Assembly (NCBI RefSeq): GCF_964355755.1
Contig: NC_092673.1
Span: forward strand, 13,798,948-13,862,947
Length of the DNA: 64,000 nt
Source: Antedon mediterranea
Lineage: Eukaryota; Animalia; Echinodermata
Direction of reading: 5' to 3'
Made by a program: the position numbers and the translations under genes. Below the pieces are notes generated by a model. That model was given only the letters and a program-made list of their open reading frames with translations. It was not told the origin of the DNA and did not search any database. Shown here in pieces: positions 1 to 12,203 of this stretch; position 1 is the first letter of the stretch; every line of letters starts with the position of its first letter.

Positions 1-52
1 GGTTCAGTGTAAAACAGTTTGCATTGGAAAAGAGGTAAAAACGGTCAACACT

Positions 53-492
53 ACGATGGCAAAACCAAGTAGAAAACCAGTTAAAAGGGCTAACAGACAG
101 ACAGAAACAATTTTCAAGGTCAATGGAAAACCAAATTGTTAATGCACCAGATGAGAGAGCAAAGAAAGCAAACATACTCATTTTCTACCTGCAGTTTGTG
201 TAGATTTGCAAGAAGGTATATTTGCAGTTAAACTGGATAATTGGTCGAGACACCAAGTTGTATTGTGAAGTAGACGAATGATGCATGTCATCAAATGTAC
301 AGTGGCAAAACATGGTTGGAATGCAACCATCTTAATGTCTCTTGCAGGAAGTAAACCACAAGTGCAACAGGCATGTTTGTCCAATGAAAACCTAAAAAAG
401 ATGTCTCAATGCACAAATTGTACACAGATGAACTCAGCAGCAACGTGTTCAGTGTCTATCCCACTATCTCTCTATTGCAAAGAGTTGTAGTA

Positions 493-528
<36 letters not shown>

Positions 529-1080
529 CAGGCAGAAACGAATAGTGCAAGGGGAAAGCGAGTTTGCATTCATAAGTTGTTGACTAGGTGGTTCTCATTT
601 CAGACAGCATCGGATACGGAATATCACCAAGTAAACACTAGCTCATTTATCAAAGAAAGCCAAGTACCCAGTCATCCTAATGGGTACCTTCCAACAAGAT
701 ACTTCAAGGAAAACAAAAAAATTCCCTATCACCTGCCAAAAGAATTAATGAAAATTAATCTAGGTGATGTTCATGAAATGATTCCTGCCGAAACTACCTG
801 CACCTCCTGTGTGAATAACTCGTTGTGATTACCAAAATGCATCAACAGACATGCATCTATCGTAACAATGAATGGCATTATTAGAGGTTGGTCATCTGGT
901 TTTAGTTTTTAACAACGCATTAGATTTACTGTATACTGTATATATTGTTGTGGAAGTTGTAACGTTTGTTAATCTACAGCTTATATTCAGTATTAAGTGT
1001 TGTTACAATTTTAATTTTTTTTCTTTTACAGATGTGCACATGTACAGAAAAGTGTGTAATGGACAGACGTTAGATGTTTA
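53..1080 (+). pseudogene. Degenerate HMGXB3-like / KDZ (CxC) transposase N-terminal fragment
   Basis: Frameshifted peptides HFLPAVCVDLQEGIFAVK..YCEVD..LECNHL, a SWIM-like CIHKLLTRW, and YFKENKKIPYHLPKEL..IPAETTCTSC..ASIVTMNGII..YRKVC resemble the Cys-cluster region of HMGXB3-like KDZ proteins. Interrupted by a (TAC)n expansion. Confidence 0.55.
494..526 (+). repeat. (TAC)n microsatellite
   Basis: About 11 TAC units, which give the poly-Tyr run in ORF 409..828. Confidence 0.95.
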
Positions 1081-1204
1081 GAATAATAGATAAGAATATC
1101 ATGCATGGAAAGTAATTAATAAGCCCTTTCACATTGCTAAAATGCATAGTCTAAGGCACAGTTCCAACTACCAACTCAAGAATTGGATGATTTAATCAAT
1201 GGGA

Positions 1205-1490
1205 CCGATTCAACAACCACAAAAAGAACTTCAAAATTTGGATGGTTAAGATTGCAGGCATTTGCAAAATTAACAAATACCTCTCTGGCTGACATTTCTC
1301 AAATATCAGGACCAGTTGCTATCGAATTTATACACTAGTGCAGGAAAGGAGGATGGTATAACGTACAGAAAACGCTCAATTCAGCTGATCAGGTATGCAA
1401 TACAGGTCATTATAATGACCTGGCCTAGACATTTGTGACAAAATCAAATTTCCAAGAAGCAATAAAGTCTACAAAGTTGTTCTTGTTAAA
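1205..1490 (+). pseudogene. Crypton-like (DUF3504-associated) tyrosine recombinase N-terminal fragment
   Basis: Frameshifted translation DQLLSNLYTSAGKEDGITYRKRSIQLIRYAIQ..DICDKIKFPRSNKVYKVVL matches the LxxFYxxxRKxDGxxYxxxSLxxIRxAI..DI...FxxSN motif of Crypton/ZMYM/KCTD1-like proteins. Confidence 0.6.
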
Positions 1491-1633
1491 GTTTTTAATA
1501 AATTATAATAAAAACAACCATTTTGACCAATCGGTAAGGGATTAAATACTGGAGCAAAGTTGATAGAGATCCCATTCTTTAGCAGAATTTATAACTCTTC
1601 AGTAGAATTTATAATTCTTTGATTAGTAAAACA

Positions 1634-2506
1634 ATGTCTATACGTCGTACAGAAACACCAAAGAAGAAAGTCTGGCAGTTGTGAAAACAACATTAATATC
1701 TGGGGTAATGTGTGAGGATTAGGCGGTTCATGTGTTCTGGGACGGAAAGACTGTACCTGCCGTAATCAGAAAACTTTCAAGTAAGTACATGCAGTAATAC
1801 AGATTAAGTTGCACTCTTTAGAACACGAACTTTTAACCTCTGTCTGTGTAATATCACTTAAATAGTCATTGATAAATAGATAGATAGACATATATTATAC
1901 TGTAACCTTCACCATATTGTTTATCATTGCAATAAAAGTGGGTTGCCCCCACAAAAGAGAAAAAAAAACTTCTAAAGAAAGACCACAACCGAGCTGAAAA
2001 TCGGGAAAACTCGGATAGTGAAGGTGAAGAAGATGAATATCACAAAGAGATTGATGAAATGCCATCAACAAGTAAGGGGTAGAATAATCCCACCACGTCC
2101 ACTCCAAAGCAACAAACAAAAAAAGAAAGGAAAAAGAAGTAATTTCTTCCAAATTATGTTCGATTACTCTACGCATCCAGTGACGTCTCTATGAACCACC
2201 ACAATGACAAGCCCCTGTTCAACATCCGCAACAACAAGTCCCTCTTCAAAATCAACCAGATAAGAACCAACCTCAACAACCACATTGACGACCGAATTAA
2301 ATATTTCAGGAAATTACAACATAATGAATAAAGGTGAATTAGCAGAGGTCCACAGATGGGCAACTTCACCATAAAATGTTGCATTGGGACACGTGAGAAA
2401 ACTGTTTTCTAAAGTCAAGGTTGAAAGCAACATTAACGGCAAGGGTAAGTTAAAATTGCGGAAGCAATGCATAATTGTCATTAATGAAGGTTGTCGACGA
2501 CTTTGA
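1634..2506 (+). pseudogene. BEN-domain gene remnant 1 (N-terminal barrel-like exon + BEN)
   Basis: Exon ending at GT donor 1781 encodes AVHVFWDGKTVPAVIRKLS. Bases 2375-2506 encode NVALGHVRKLFSKVKVESNINGKGKLKL..CIIVINEGCRR, a BEN signature with an internal deletion. Contains stop codons. Confidence 0.55.
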
Positions 2507-2923
2507 AGGCCACATAACGTGTAATGTGCATGCAACTCAAAACAAACTGCTTTTTTCAGAACTAACAAAAGATATTTTGAGTGAAGTGTTCTTGTATTCA
2601 GTAATAAAGTACATTAATGTCTACCTTTGTTCACTTGGATTGCCTCGTTGTTTTCGCTTGCTTGACCTATAGTTGGAAAGGTCAGAAAATGAACTCTTTA
2701 AAAAGGTCACTATGTTTTATATTGTTTTTTAATAATTTAACAAAAAAGTCTAAAAAAGAAAGTCACAAAAGGAAAAAAAAAGAAAAATCTGCCAAAACAG
2801 TATAACAAAGGTTAGTTAATTAGTTCATTAATTATCTTGACAGTGTGCTTTACTGACAATGTTATCGATGTCCAAAATTAATATTTAGTTTAAAAAAATA
2901 TTATTATTAAATATATTTTACAG

Positions 2924-4895
2924 GACTATTACGAGCCTACCGATTCCAGATTCCATGATATCTTAACCACCATCAGTTTAATCGGATGCGTTGTGTCTAT
3001 TGTGTTTTTAGCAATAACACTTGCTACGTACATATACATATTCTTCCTAAAAAAGTACCGTATGTGAAAAACAATATATTTTTGTAGATAAACCATACTA
3101 AGTCAGATTTTAAGAATAACAACTTAATTTATTTAAAGGTTTAAAGGTCTCTTTTTATTTTTATAAGATCACACAATCAAGGTTTTTTATGTGACGATGT
3201 AGTATGTTAATGTATCTATTCTTAAATTTCAGACAATTTCGAACCAAACGTCCTAAAAAAATTCTCATAAAACTATCGCTATCATTGCTTTTCCTCTACC
3301 TCGTGTTTGCGGTTGGCATCGATCAGACAGGTTCTAGAAATGGATGCATCGCTGTAGCAGCGCTGATTCATTACTTTGGATTGGCCTCTGTCTTCTGGAT
3401 GTCAATCGAAGCTGTAAACATGTACCTTATGTTTGTCAAAGTCATCCACGGGCATTTCATGCTGAAAATGTGTTTAGCAGGCTGAGGTAAATGTTTTAAT
3501 TTGTTTAACATGTCCAATTATTAAACCATTAATGGATGGCGTACGTACTTTATAAATGTTTATTTATTTGTTTTAAAGAAAATCTTATTTAAAAATAACT
3601 TTAAGTAGTCCTACTTGAATATATGGTAATACTGTTTTTTTTTTAAATGTTTATATACATTTTTTTAGGGCTTCCTATAGTAATTGTTGCAGTTTGTCTC
3701 AGTATTGATGTTGATCACTATGCGAACAAAAACTAGTAAGTATAATCTATAAAATGAATGTTTAGGAGTTGACGAACAATTTTTGAGTAAAAAGATTACT
3801 GAAACTCTTCTATTTCAATCATCGAGGCGGATTCGACTAGTTTTTCAATAAATTGAAGTATTCTCACCATTAAACGAATACAAAACATTAATTATTCGTT
3901 AATAACGCATGCGTAGTAAACAAATAATAAACACCACGTGATACAAAGTCAACCAATCCAAAACAAATTTACGTGTGTTATTAGGTCATGCAGATTAGCA
4001 CAAATTAAAGCCTATTGTTCGACATACCAAATCACCGTGGTCTTCTGTTAATAATTTTGTCTGCTCATGGATGTGTATTTTTCGTTGTAAATATGTAATA
4101 CAATAATCAATAGGTTTAATACAGATACAGGTTAACTTTTTTCGCAGGAAAATTACATGGTCGCAGTATATAATAATTTTAATGAAATTAAAAACTTAAA
4201 CTAATTCTAAGTATGCCTAAATTCATCAGATATTACTGAAATTAAAATCACATATCTCTGACAATTTTCGTTATGACATTGTATTCATGTAGAATAGCTA
4301 GGCAATGAGAACTTCACATATGTTTTGTCATGTACCACTATTTCTTTGTTATTTTATTTCAGTTGTTTAATTCCATCAGGAAACGTTCGCAACTTTGGCT
4401 TCATTTTGATCATAGCACTGCTTATGATGTTCAATGTTGTCGTTTTCACATACAGAATAACAACTGAAACACGTCGCGAGAGGGCGAATCTGCATCGACT
4501 GCGAAGAATCCAAAGACCCATGTTAGGCCTAACAGGACCGAAATTGTGATAGCATTGTGCAGTCGTTTTGTGACTTTCTTTACCGTGTTTTGATCTTTAC
4601 CACTGCCAATCTTTCGTCAGCAAGTCAATTTAAACATAACTAAAAGGCCTCTTTATTTTCTGTTGTTCTATGTACGACAGAAGGATGTTATGAGCAAAAC
4701 TTACAACATTACTTAGACTTAAAAAATCCCTAGCCGACATGAGACAAGACAAAAACAATAAATTCCATGATAAAAAATGTATTGGGTCATCCTTATTTCT
4801 GCTTTATAAAGACAGGGAAACCTCTCAATGGAAAACCATGTGCAACAACAGAATCCGCAATGACAAAAGAGAACCATACTGTAGACAAGAAAAAG
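2924..4895 (+). pseudogene. Adhesion GPCR (family B 7TM, ADGRG-like) pseudogene, TM1-TM7 exons
   Basis: Phase-consistent GT-AG exons: 2924-3054 (DYYEP..ILTTISLIGCVVSIVFLAITLATY), 3233-3486 (ILIKLSLSLL..CIAVAALIHYFGLASVFWMSIEAVNMY), 3669-3735 (GLPIVIVAV), 4363-4895 (YCLI..FNVVVF..MLGLT..GLFIF..VRQKDV). TGA at 3483-3485 replaces W of the conserved GWG, and the last exon is frameshifted. Confidence 0.88.
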
Positions 4896-4985
4896 GTAAG
4901 CTGATTTATTTTGAATTTCATTCATGATTATAACATTTCAGTCTCATTGCACGTTTCATATTAAACTAATGAAATCTATTTGTAG

Positions 4986-5782
4986 AACTTTAACAATGTC
5001 AATGAATAAAGTGAAGTGTTTGAAACAACCATTTCTAAGTCTCTGCAGACGCAAATGATAAAAGGAAAATACATCAGAATATTTCAACATAGCATTTTAA
5101 AGAAACCTCAAGTTAAATTAAATTATTTTTTTATAATAGATTTTTCAAACTTCAGCTTTTCAAAAACCTGAATCAAAATTGACAGATTTGTTCGTCTCGA
5201 GGAACATACAGTATCGGAGACGTTGTGTTTGTCGGTAAAAACAAGAATTACATTAAAGGGAACAATTTCAGTGGTGCAGTGTTGTAGTTGTATAGATTCT
5301 CATTTACTTTTTTTTAATTACTAAGGCTATATTATGCTTTAAATATATTGATCATAAAAATGAAGGTATTTCCAATAAAAGAAGGTAACGGGTGGAAACG
5401 GAGGCGCGAGTTTTTGACGGACAGTGATAAGAAAGCAACAAAAATAAAATGCAAGCTGTGGGGTGAACATAGCAAAACCATCACAGATGCTAATATTGGA
5501 CATACCGCTGTACTTGCCAACATTGAAGTAGAAATATTCAATGTAAAATGAAATCATTGGACATCATTGGACATCACTGTTGCAAACGTAAGAACTTAAA
5601 ATATCAAAATGTATTCAAAATCGGATATTACTGTTTACAACATGATCTGAGCAAATCACTAGAGCTCCGCCTTCTTTCATAATTAATATACTTTAAAAAT
5701 GACCAAAGAAAACGTATTTTCTTCATACAGGTTGACGAATATGAACACACTTTGGACGATGAAATAGATTCAGAAAAATAAG
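4986..5782 (+). pseudogene. OB-fold (RPA-like ssDNA-binding) gene remnant
   Basis: SVKTRITLKGTISV | VFPIKEGNGWKRREFLTDSDKKATKIKCKLWGEHSKTITDANIGHTAVLANIEVEIFN has the OB-fold beta pattern with an LWGE motif. A short acidic terminal exon reads VDEYEHTLDDEIDSEK*. Confidence 0.55.
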
Positions 5783-6440
5783 TATACAAATTCAGAAAAC
5801 TTATTTACATCCAATGAAAATAACTTCATATTAGATATATAAAAAAAATTCACTTCAGTAACGCAATTGTCTTAATCTTCCAACGGACAGCGCTGACATG
5901 CTAACATGTGACGTGAACATATTCAATACACTCAATTTGTCTGTTGATGAAGGGAATTCTTACAACCTGTCAAGATCGACTTAAATCAAACCGGTGAACT
6001 AAATGTCAGTAACGTTTATAACAACTTGAATCTGTGGGTTTGGTTATGGGTATAACTGTGTTAAACTTAGGAGTGATTAAACTTAGGAGTGATTATAAGA
6101 CTTACAGATACACTTTGTTTCTCATACATTTTTTTTGTGCCTATTTTATTAGTGCTCCGATCTGAATCCTCTCTCCCACCACAGTGGTGTTTAATTAACC
6201 ACTTTACTGGGATGAAATAAACAGTGACCCATTTATAGACGTTTGATACTTTATAGATAGTGAAGAAATAAGTGCATTGACACTACGGTACTAGAACAGA
6301 CAGTGTAACAGTTAAAGAAAAATAGCTGCAAGCGCAAAAGAGCCACATAGGCTTTTGTTGCAGTGCCGAGAAGCGAGTACCCACTTTCTCCTGACGATGA
6401 AGGTGTTAGGGGAAACAGACAGCGTTGACCAATAAGCAAC

Positions 6441-6713
6441 AAGGCGTACTGTAGATGCCGTGGCGCCAACAAACCTTCAAATTAGTTTTAAACTTGGTTA
6501 ATAGCATTTTTACTAAAGAACAATTAAAAACGTGGCACCAGATCGCTACAACAGAATCAAGACGCACTTTCACCTCGAAAAATGAGAGCAATTTTTGAAG
6601 AAGTTGATTTGGTTTATCCAAATGCCACAATAAACGATGAGGTTGCAATTAGGGCCGCTATCAATGGCCAATGTTGGCATTTTAGATACATTGAAAACAA
6701 ACAAAATATTTAG
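6441..6713 (+). pseudogene. BEN-domain remnant 2
   Basis: Across two frameshifts: KAYCRCRGANKPS/LVLNLVNSIFTKEQLKT/QDALSPRKMRAIFEEVDLVYPNATINDEVAIRAAINGQCWHFR. Not in the ORF track. Confidence 0.7.
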
Positions 6714-6914
6714 ATAATAATGAGAGTTGTCTTCAGATTAAACATTTTAGTTTAAAATAATTTAAAATGTGTAATTAAAATTTGGGTTAAAAGAAGATAC
6801 TTGGTTGTTTGTCGTCTTGTCTTGACAGAAAAAAGTATTTGTCCCTAAATTTTATTTAAAAAAAATAGATTTGATGGTACTTTCTTAAGTAGAAAGCAGG
6901 AATCTTAATTAATG

Positions 6915-7530
6915 ATCTGTTGACTGTTTATATGGCGTATATAAGACCTATTTTAGAATATGCTGCCCCTGTTTGGCATGGCGCTATCACTAAGGACATG
7001 TCCAAGTCTATTGAAAAGGTACAAAAGAGAGCATTGCGTATCATGCTAGGTAACAACTATTTGTGCTATGATCATGCATTGTCTGTTACTGGTTTACCTA
7101 CTCTTGTTGAGAGAAGAAACAAACTTGTGTTGTCTTTCGGGGAAGGCTTATTAAAATCCGAGCTGTTTAGAGAAATACTTCCCCCTCTTTATAAGCCAGC
7201 TCGGTCTCTCAGAGTCAACCGCTTTCTAGAAGTACCTCATTGTAAAACCAGCAGACTTAGGTCGTCTCCAGTTCCCACCATGGTGGATATAATTAATAGG
7301 CACCACTAGCTCTTTTTTAGATATGTAATAAGTGAATGTTTTAAGGTTTTTTATTCATGTATGTTTTGAATTGTATGGTACGATACCTAATTTTATTAAG
7401 ATGTTTCTATTTTTATAGCAATTTTAACTAATTTTTAGTCATTTGTAATACATTTCATTTCAGTCCTTGACTGTCGTTTTGTAATATATTTTTATATACC
7501 GAATAAATAAATAAATAAATAAAATAAATA
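6915..7530 (+). mobile_element. 5'-truncated CR1-group LINE (RT C-terminus + 3' UTR + (AATA)n tail)
   Basis: ORF 6920..7309 VYMAYIRPILEYAAPVWH..IEKVQKRALRI..LPTLVERR. The tail aataaataaataa lies at about 7502-7529. Confidence 0.9.
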
Positions 7531-8164
7531 GTTATATTATTCGATCACCTTTCATGTTAAAACCCGCGTACAGCTCCGCATGGCATACTGTTTTTATTTT
7601 CTAAATACATTTTTGTCGTCCAAGAGTGAAAGCAGTTTGTATTGTTAATTATGCATTACGGGGAGGAGGCCTAAAAATGATGTTATTTTTTACCTCAATT
7701 TAAAATACGGATTTAAAAGTGAAGTTAGTCTTGAAGATTTTTCAATATTTAACTTGTTGGAATTTACCTCATTTTTATTGCATTTTATTTTATCATAAAC
7801 ATACCTACCATGTAAAAGAAATTAAATTCTAACCATCCAATATTTTTAAGGACTATTAGTATATACAATAAAATAGAAATTATTACTACTAATTATTACT
7901 TAGTGGTACTAACATTGTTAAAGCGTGCGGTTAATTGACAGCGTGACCAGCTTTCTTTTATTTAATTTTTATTTTTAAAAAAAATAAATAAAACGTGTGT
8001 AACGAAGAAAACAAGTTATTATTATTATGGTTAATCGCCTTTATGCAAATATGAGCTATATGAGCTGTACATTTTCACATTATTTTCACAATTGGAAGTC
8101 ATGGTCAAGTTTAGAGAACAATAGAATACGTGTTTCATGCATAGTCATCGTTTTTAAACATTTT

Positions 8165-9116
8165 GTCATGACAAAGACTGTTTGAAAACTGCTTATGAGG
8201 CAACACCACCATGGTAAATAATAATAATAATAATATAGACAAAGACTGCACTAGTCGAATGTGAATATTTCTGTTTGGTGTTCGTATGGCAGCAATAAAT
8301 GTGCATACATGTAATTTCCTATAAAAACAACAACAAAAACAATAGAGAATGTGTAAGACAAAGACTGTTAGAAAACTGCTGTTGAGGCAACACCATTGTG
8401 GTAAATAATACAGAGAATATGTAAGACAAAGACTAGTTAGAAAACTGCTCATGAGGCAACACCACTGTGGTAAATAATATAGCGAATATGTATAGACAAA
8501 GACTGTTAGGAAACTGCTAATGAGGCAAAACCCCTGTGGTAAATAATACAGAGAATATGTAAGACAAAGACTGTTAGAAAACTGCTTTCCAAACGAAAAC
8601 AAGATGTATGATTTGCCATTTTTCTCGTAACCCTCAGGCAAAGTAAAATGGATTCAATGTGACCTGTGCAATAAGTGGATACATCTAGCTTGCGGTAAAG
8701 TTACAAGGTGAATATTTCTGTTTGGTGTTCGTATGAAATAAAAAAACCCAATAGGGAATATGTAAAACAAAGAATGTTAGAAAACTTCTTTTGAGGCAAC
8801 ACCACTGTGGTAATTAATATAGAGAATATGCAAGACAAAGACTGTTAGAAAACTGCTCATGAGGCAACACCACTGAGGTAATTAATATAGAGAATATGCA
8901 AGACAAAGACTGTTAGAAAACTGCTCATGAGGCAACACCACTGTGGTAAATAATATAGAGAATATGCAAGACAAAGACTGTTAGAAAACTGCTCATGAGG
9001 CAACACTACTGTGGTAATTAATATAGAGAATATGCAAGACAAAGACTGTTAGAAAACTGCTCATGAGGCAACACCACTGTGGTAAATAATACAGAGAATA
9101 TGAAAGACAAAGACTG
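8165..9116 (+). repeat. 68-bp tandem repeat (two blocks flanking a PHD exon)
   Basis: Unit agagaatatgcaagacaaagactgttagaaaactgctcatgaggcaacaccactgtggtaaataatat starts at 8821, 8889 and 8957, with further copies at 8340-8585. Confidence 0.9.
8605..8707 (+). pseudogene. PHD finger exon remnant
   Basis: CMICHFSRNP/GKVKWIQCDLCNKWIHLACGKVT with one frameshift, followed by a GT donor at 8708. Confidence 0.7.
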
Positions 9117-10109
9117 ATAATTAGTACAGTTTGTTATTATTAATTATACCGTTTTATTTACTGAAAAAATTAAAGGACATTTTTTAGAACATAACATAAT
9201 TTCTGTAATTAACATCAGAAATGCCTGTCGCGCAGGTGTCGTCACAAACTTATAAAAAAAGGAATTAGAAAAATTAGAGAATTTTAAATGGACAAAAAAA
9301 AACCCTCATTTCAAAAGGAAAGATAATGCTAAGCATCTGTTTCACCATATATACTATTTAGTCTAAATTTTTATTCGGAAGGAATAAAGAATATGAATGC
9401 GCATGGTTTCAATAAACTCGATAAGGAAGTCTGTAAAGTGGACAAAAACACTTTTCCAACATGTTACATGTTGCTAATAAATATCAGAATTCATCACAAG
9501 TGTGATTAGATCTGACCAAGATAAAGATCACCATGATCGACAGCAAATGACGCAAAAATATGGTTAGATAGCATTATGCGGAATAACAAACTGTAAAAGT
9601 ATAAAAGTAAAAGGTATATGCATGCAGGGTTTGTGCAAAAAAGTTCTACGAACAGAAACAAGGTATGTCTGTGGACAAAGTGGAGGCAATATTGATCAAG
9701 TGAAACAGTGAAAGTGGATCAGGAATTCGTATTTTTTTTAGGAACTGTTGATGCATGAGGGAGCCTAAAGTGAAAACAATTAACAATAGGAAATTCTTTG
9801 CTTATGCCCTATGGTACTATTCAATATACAGTGAAATAGGCACAGATATGAAGTAGTTTCTATTCATCACTGTTTGACAGACATTAATACTTTTCATATT
9901 TGGTACTGCTCATCTCTTTTTTTTATTATTGAATACAGTACTGTATCATTAGTTGTCTGTCTCTATCTTTGATCTACTCTGATCAGACAGTTCCATGAAT
10001 TGATGAATTTTATGTGTCAATACCAGAACTTGTGTGTGTATGTAAGTTGTGTTGCTGCACTTTCTATTGTTGATAAGCAGTTTAAATTGTGCAGTTTAGT
10101 TCTTTTTTC

Positions 10110-10540
10110 CAAGAGCACTATTGGTAGAATACCTTCTATAGCTGTTTGGATGGTAATTTTAGTTAATTAATGCTCTTGCAGTTGTTGCTGTTCATAAAAA
10201 CCTTCTCAAGTAACAAAACCATTGGTAGAATACCTTCTCTAGCTGTTTGGATGGCAATTTTAGTTTTTTTAATTAATGGTCTTGCAGTTTTTGCTGTTCA
10301 TAAAAACCTTTCCAAGAACAACAATACCATTGGTAGAATACCTTCTCTAGCTGCCAAATTGTAATTGATGCTTTCGCAGTTGTTGCTGTTCATAAAAACC
10401 TTTCCAAGAACAAACAGACACCATTGGTAGATTACCTTCTCTAGCTGCCAAATTGTGATCGATGCTCTTGCAGTTGTTGCTGTTCATAAAAACCATTCCA
10501 AGAGCACAAATAGCATTGGTAGATTGCCTTCTCTAGCTGT
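10110..10540. repeat. ~92-108 bp imperfect tandem repeat, 5 copies
   Basis: Recurring cattggtagaataccttctctagctg..gcagttgttgctgttcataaaaacc at about 10119, 10220, 10328, 10422 and 10514. Confidence 0.85.
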
Positions 10541-10574
10541 AAATGATGCACTTATATATTAATTGCAGTTGTAT

Positions 10575-11215
10575 GGTAAACCATCTTGACATGAGAAATG
10601 ATCCATTTATAGCATTCATGGTCACATTCGATTTAAATATGTTGCAGACCATAAGAACAATTTGAAACAGTTTCAAATGGTGGTTTACTTTTGCATCAAT
10701 CTTCAGTGCAGGAGGAACTTTCTTTCCTGTTAATTTCAATGCATACTTTTGTTGAATTATTATTTCCACAGCAAAGAATACAGCCATTTGATGTATGTGC
10801 TATATTCTGGTAAAGATATCTCACTTGTCCAATAAACCAAATAGTGAATTAAATATGTATTTTAGTTCATGTACCATTACAGATGATAAGATTGAAGATA
10901 TTAGGTTTGAGCTGATTGCATTCCAACTTCACTATTTAATATGATGATGATCCATAAGAATGATTTTGGCAGAAATGACTTCACTTCACTTGAAAGCTGT
11001 GGTGCAAATTCCTCCGTTCTTGAAACTGTCAGAAATGGAGCAAAGAAGGAAACAACTGTGCCTACATGTAAATAGTCTTTAAATTTGTAGCAAGGTCAAA
11101 TAATGAGATGACAGTTTTTAAAAGCAGCTACACAAATCAATGTCTGTTGACATAATGGATATATGCACCATAGTGATGAAGAGAAAACTGTTCACATGGT
11201 GTGCCAGTTCACTGT
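10575..11215 (-). pseudogene. Highly degraded PHD-finger-containing remnant, possibly with Ulp1-like protease
   Basis: The minus strand gives IECDHECYKW (PHD-like) near 10600-10635 and ELAHHVNSFLF near 11180-11210. Otherwise heavily frameshifted. Confidence 0.3.
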
Positions 11216-11860
11216 GTATTAAAATATTGTAACTTTGTGACTATCACTAAATTAGAGATTATGGACACACAAGGTTTTTTGGTTTAATACAAATTTAAAT
11301 AATGTTTGGCTGTTTCTGATAGTGATTGGTCTCTTAAATGTGAATGTTACACACAATGTAACTGTTCGCAATGTTGTGGATCCAGTGGTTAGTTAGATTA
11401 TAATAGATAAAATACCAAAGAGTAATTTGCAATAAATGATAAAATTAAGGATTGAATTTAGGAGAAGTCGTGAAGTAGAGAATAAGATAAGCCATTTCAA
11501 AGGATTTACAAAGTCTACTCAAAACTATTTGTTTTCCTTTTAGAAAAATATTAAATCCATTTTTTAAAATCATAACGTTTTTGACACAAATTGTGATTCT
11601 ATTCTCAATATAAGAATTTAATCAAAATTAAGTAGAACAATTTTAATTTCAGACTCTTCGCACCTTTTGTCAAGTCAGTCAAGGTTTGTAAGTCTGGTAG
11701 ATAAATATATAATCTTTGGTATTAAACTTATAATTGTAAATATTGGTGGAGACTTCAATCACAAAAAGGTTAATTGTTTAAAATTATCAAATTTACTAAT
11801 CAATAACAATAATATAGATGAAAGATGAAAAACCCTACAAGAATAGTATGTAGCATCACA

Positions 11861-12203
11861 ACGATGGCAAAACCAAGTAGAAAACCAGTTAAAAGGGCTA
11901 TCAAACAGACAGAAACAATTTTCAAGGTCAATGGAAAACAAAATTGTTAATGCACCAGATGAGAGAGCAAAGAAAGCAAACATACTCATTTTCTACCTGC
12001 AGTTTGTGTAGATTTGCAAGAAGGTATATTTGCAGTTAAACTGGATAATTGGTCGAAACACCGAGTTGTATTGTGAAGTAGACAAATGTTGCATGTCATC
12101 AATTGACAGTGGCAAAACATGGTTGGAATGCAACCATCTTATGTCTCTTGCAGGAAGTAAACCACAAGTGCAAGTGTTTGTCCCATGAAAACCTAAAAAA
12201 GAT
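11861..12203 (+). repeat. Direct duplicate of 53-402 (KDZ-like fragment)
   Basis: acgatggcaaaaccaagtagaaaaccagttaaaagggc ... cctaaaaaagat is nearly identical to 53-402. Confidence 0.95.

Noticed and set aside
3483-3485. TGA as selenocysteine, readthrough or an alternative code in the GPCR
   Set aside because: It is a simple TGG>TGA change, and the downstream exon has additional frameshifts and stops, indicating a pseudogene.
8135-9042. Hydrophobic minus-strand ORFs (168 aa, 61 aa)
   Set aside because: These are translations of the 68-bp tandem repeat.
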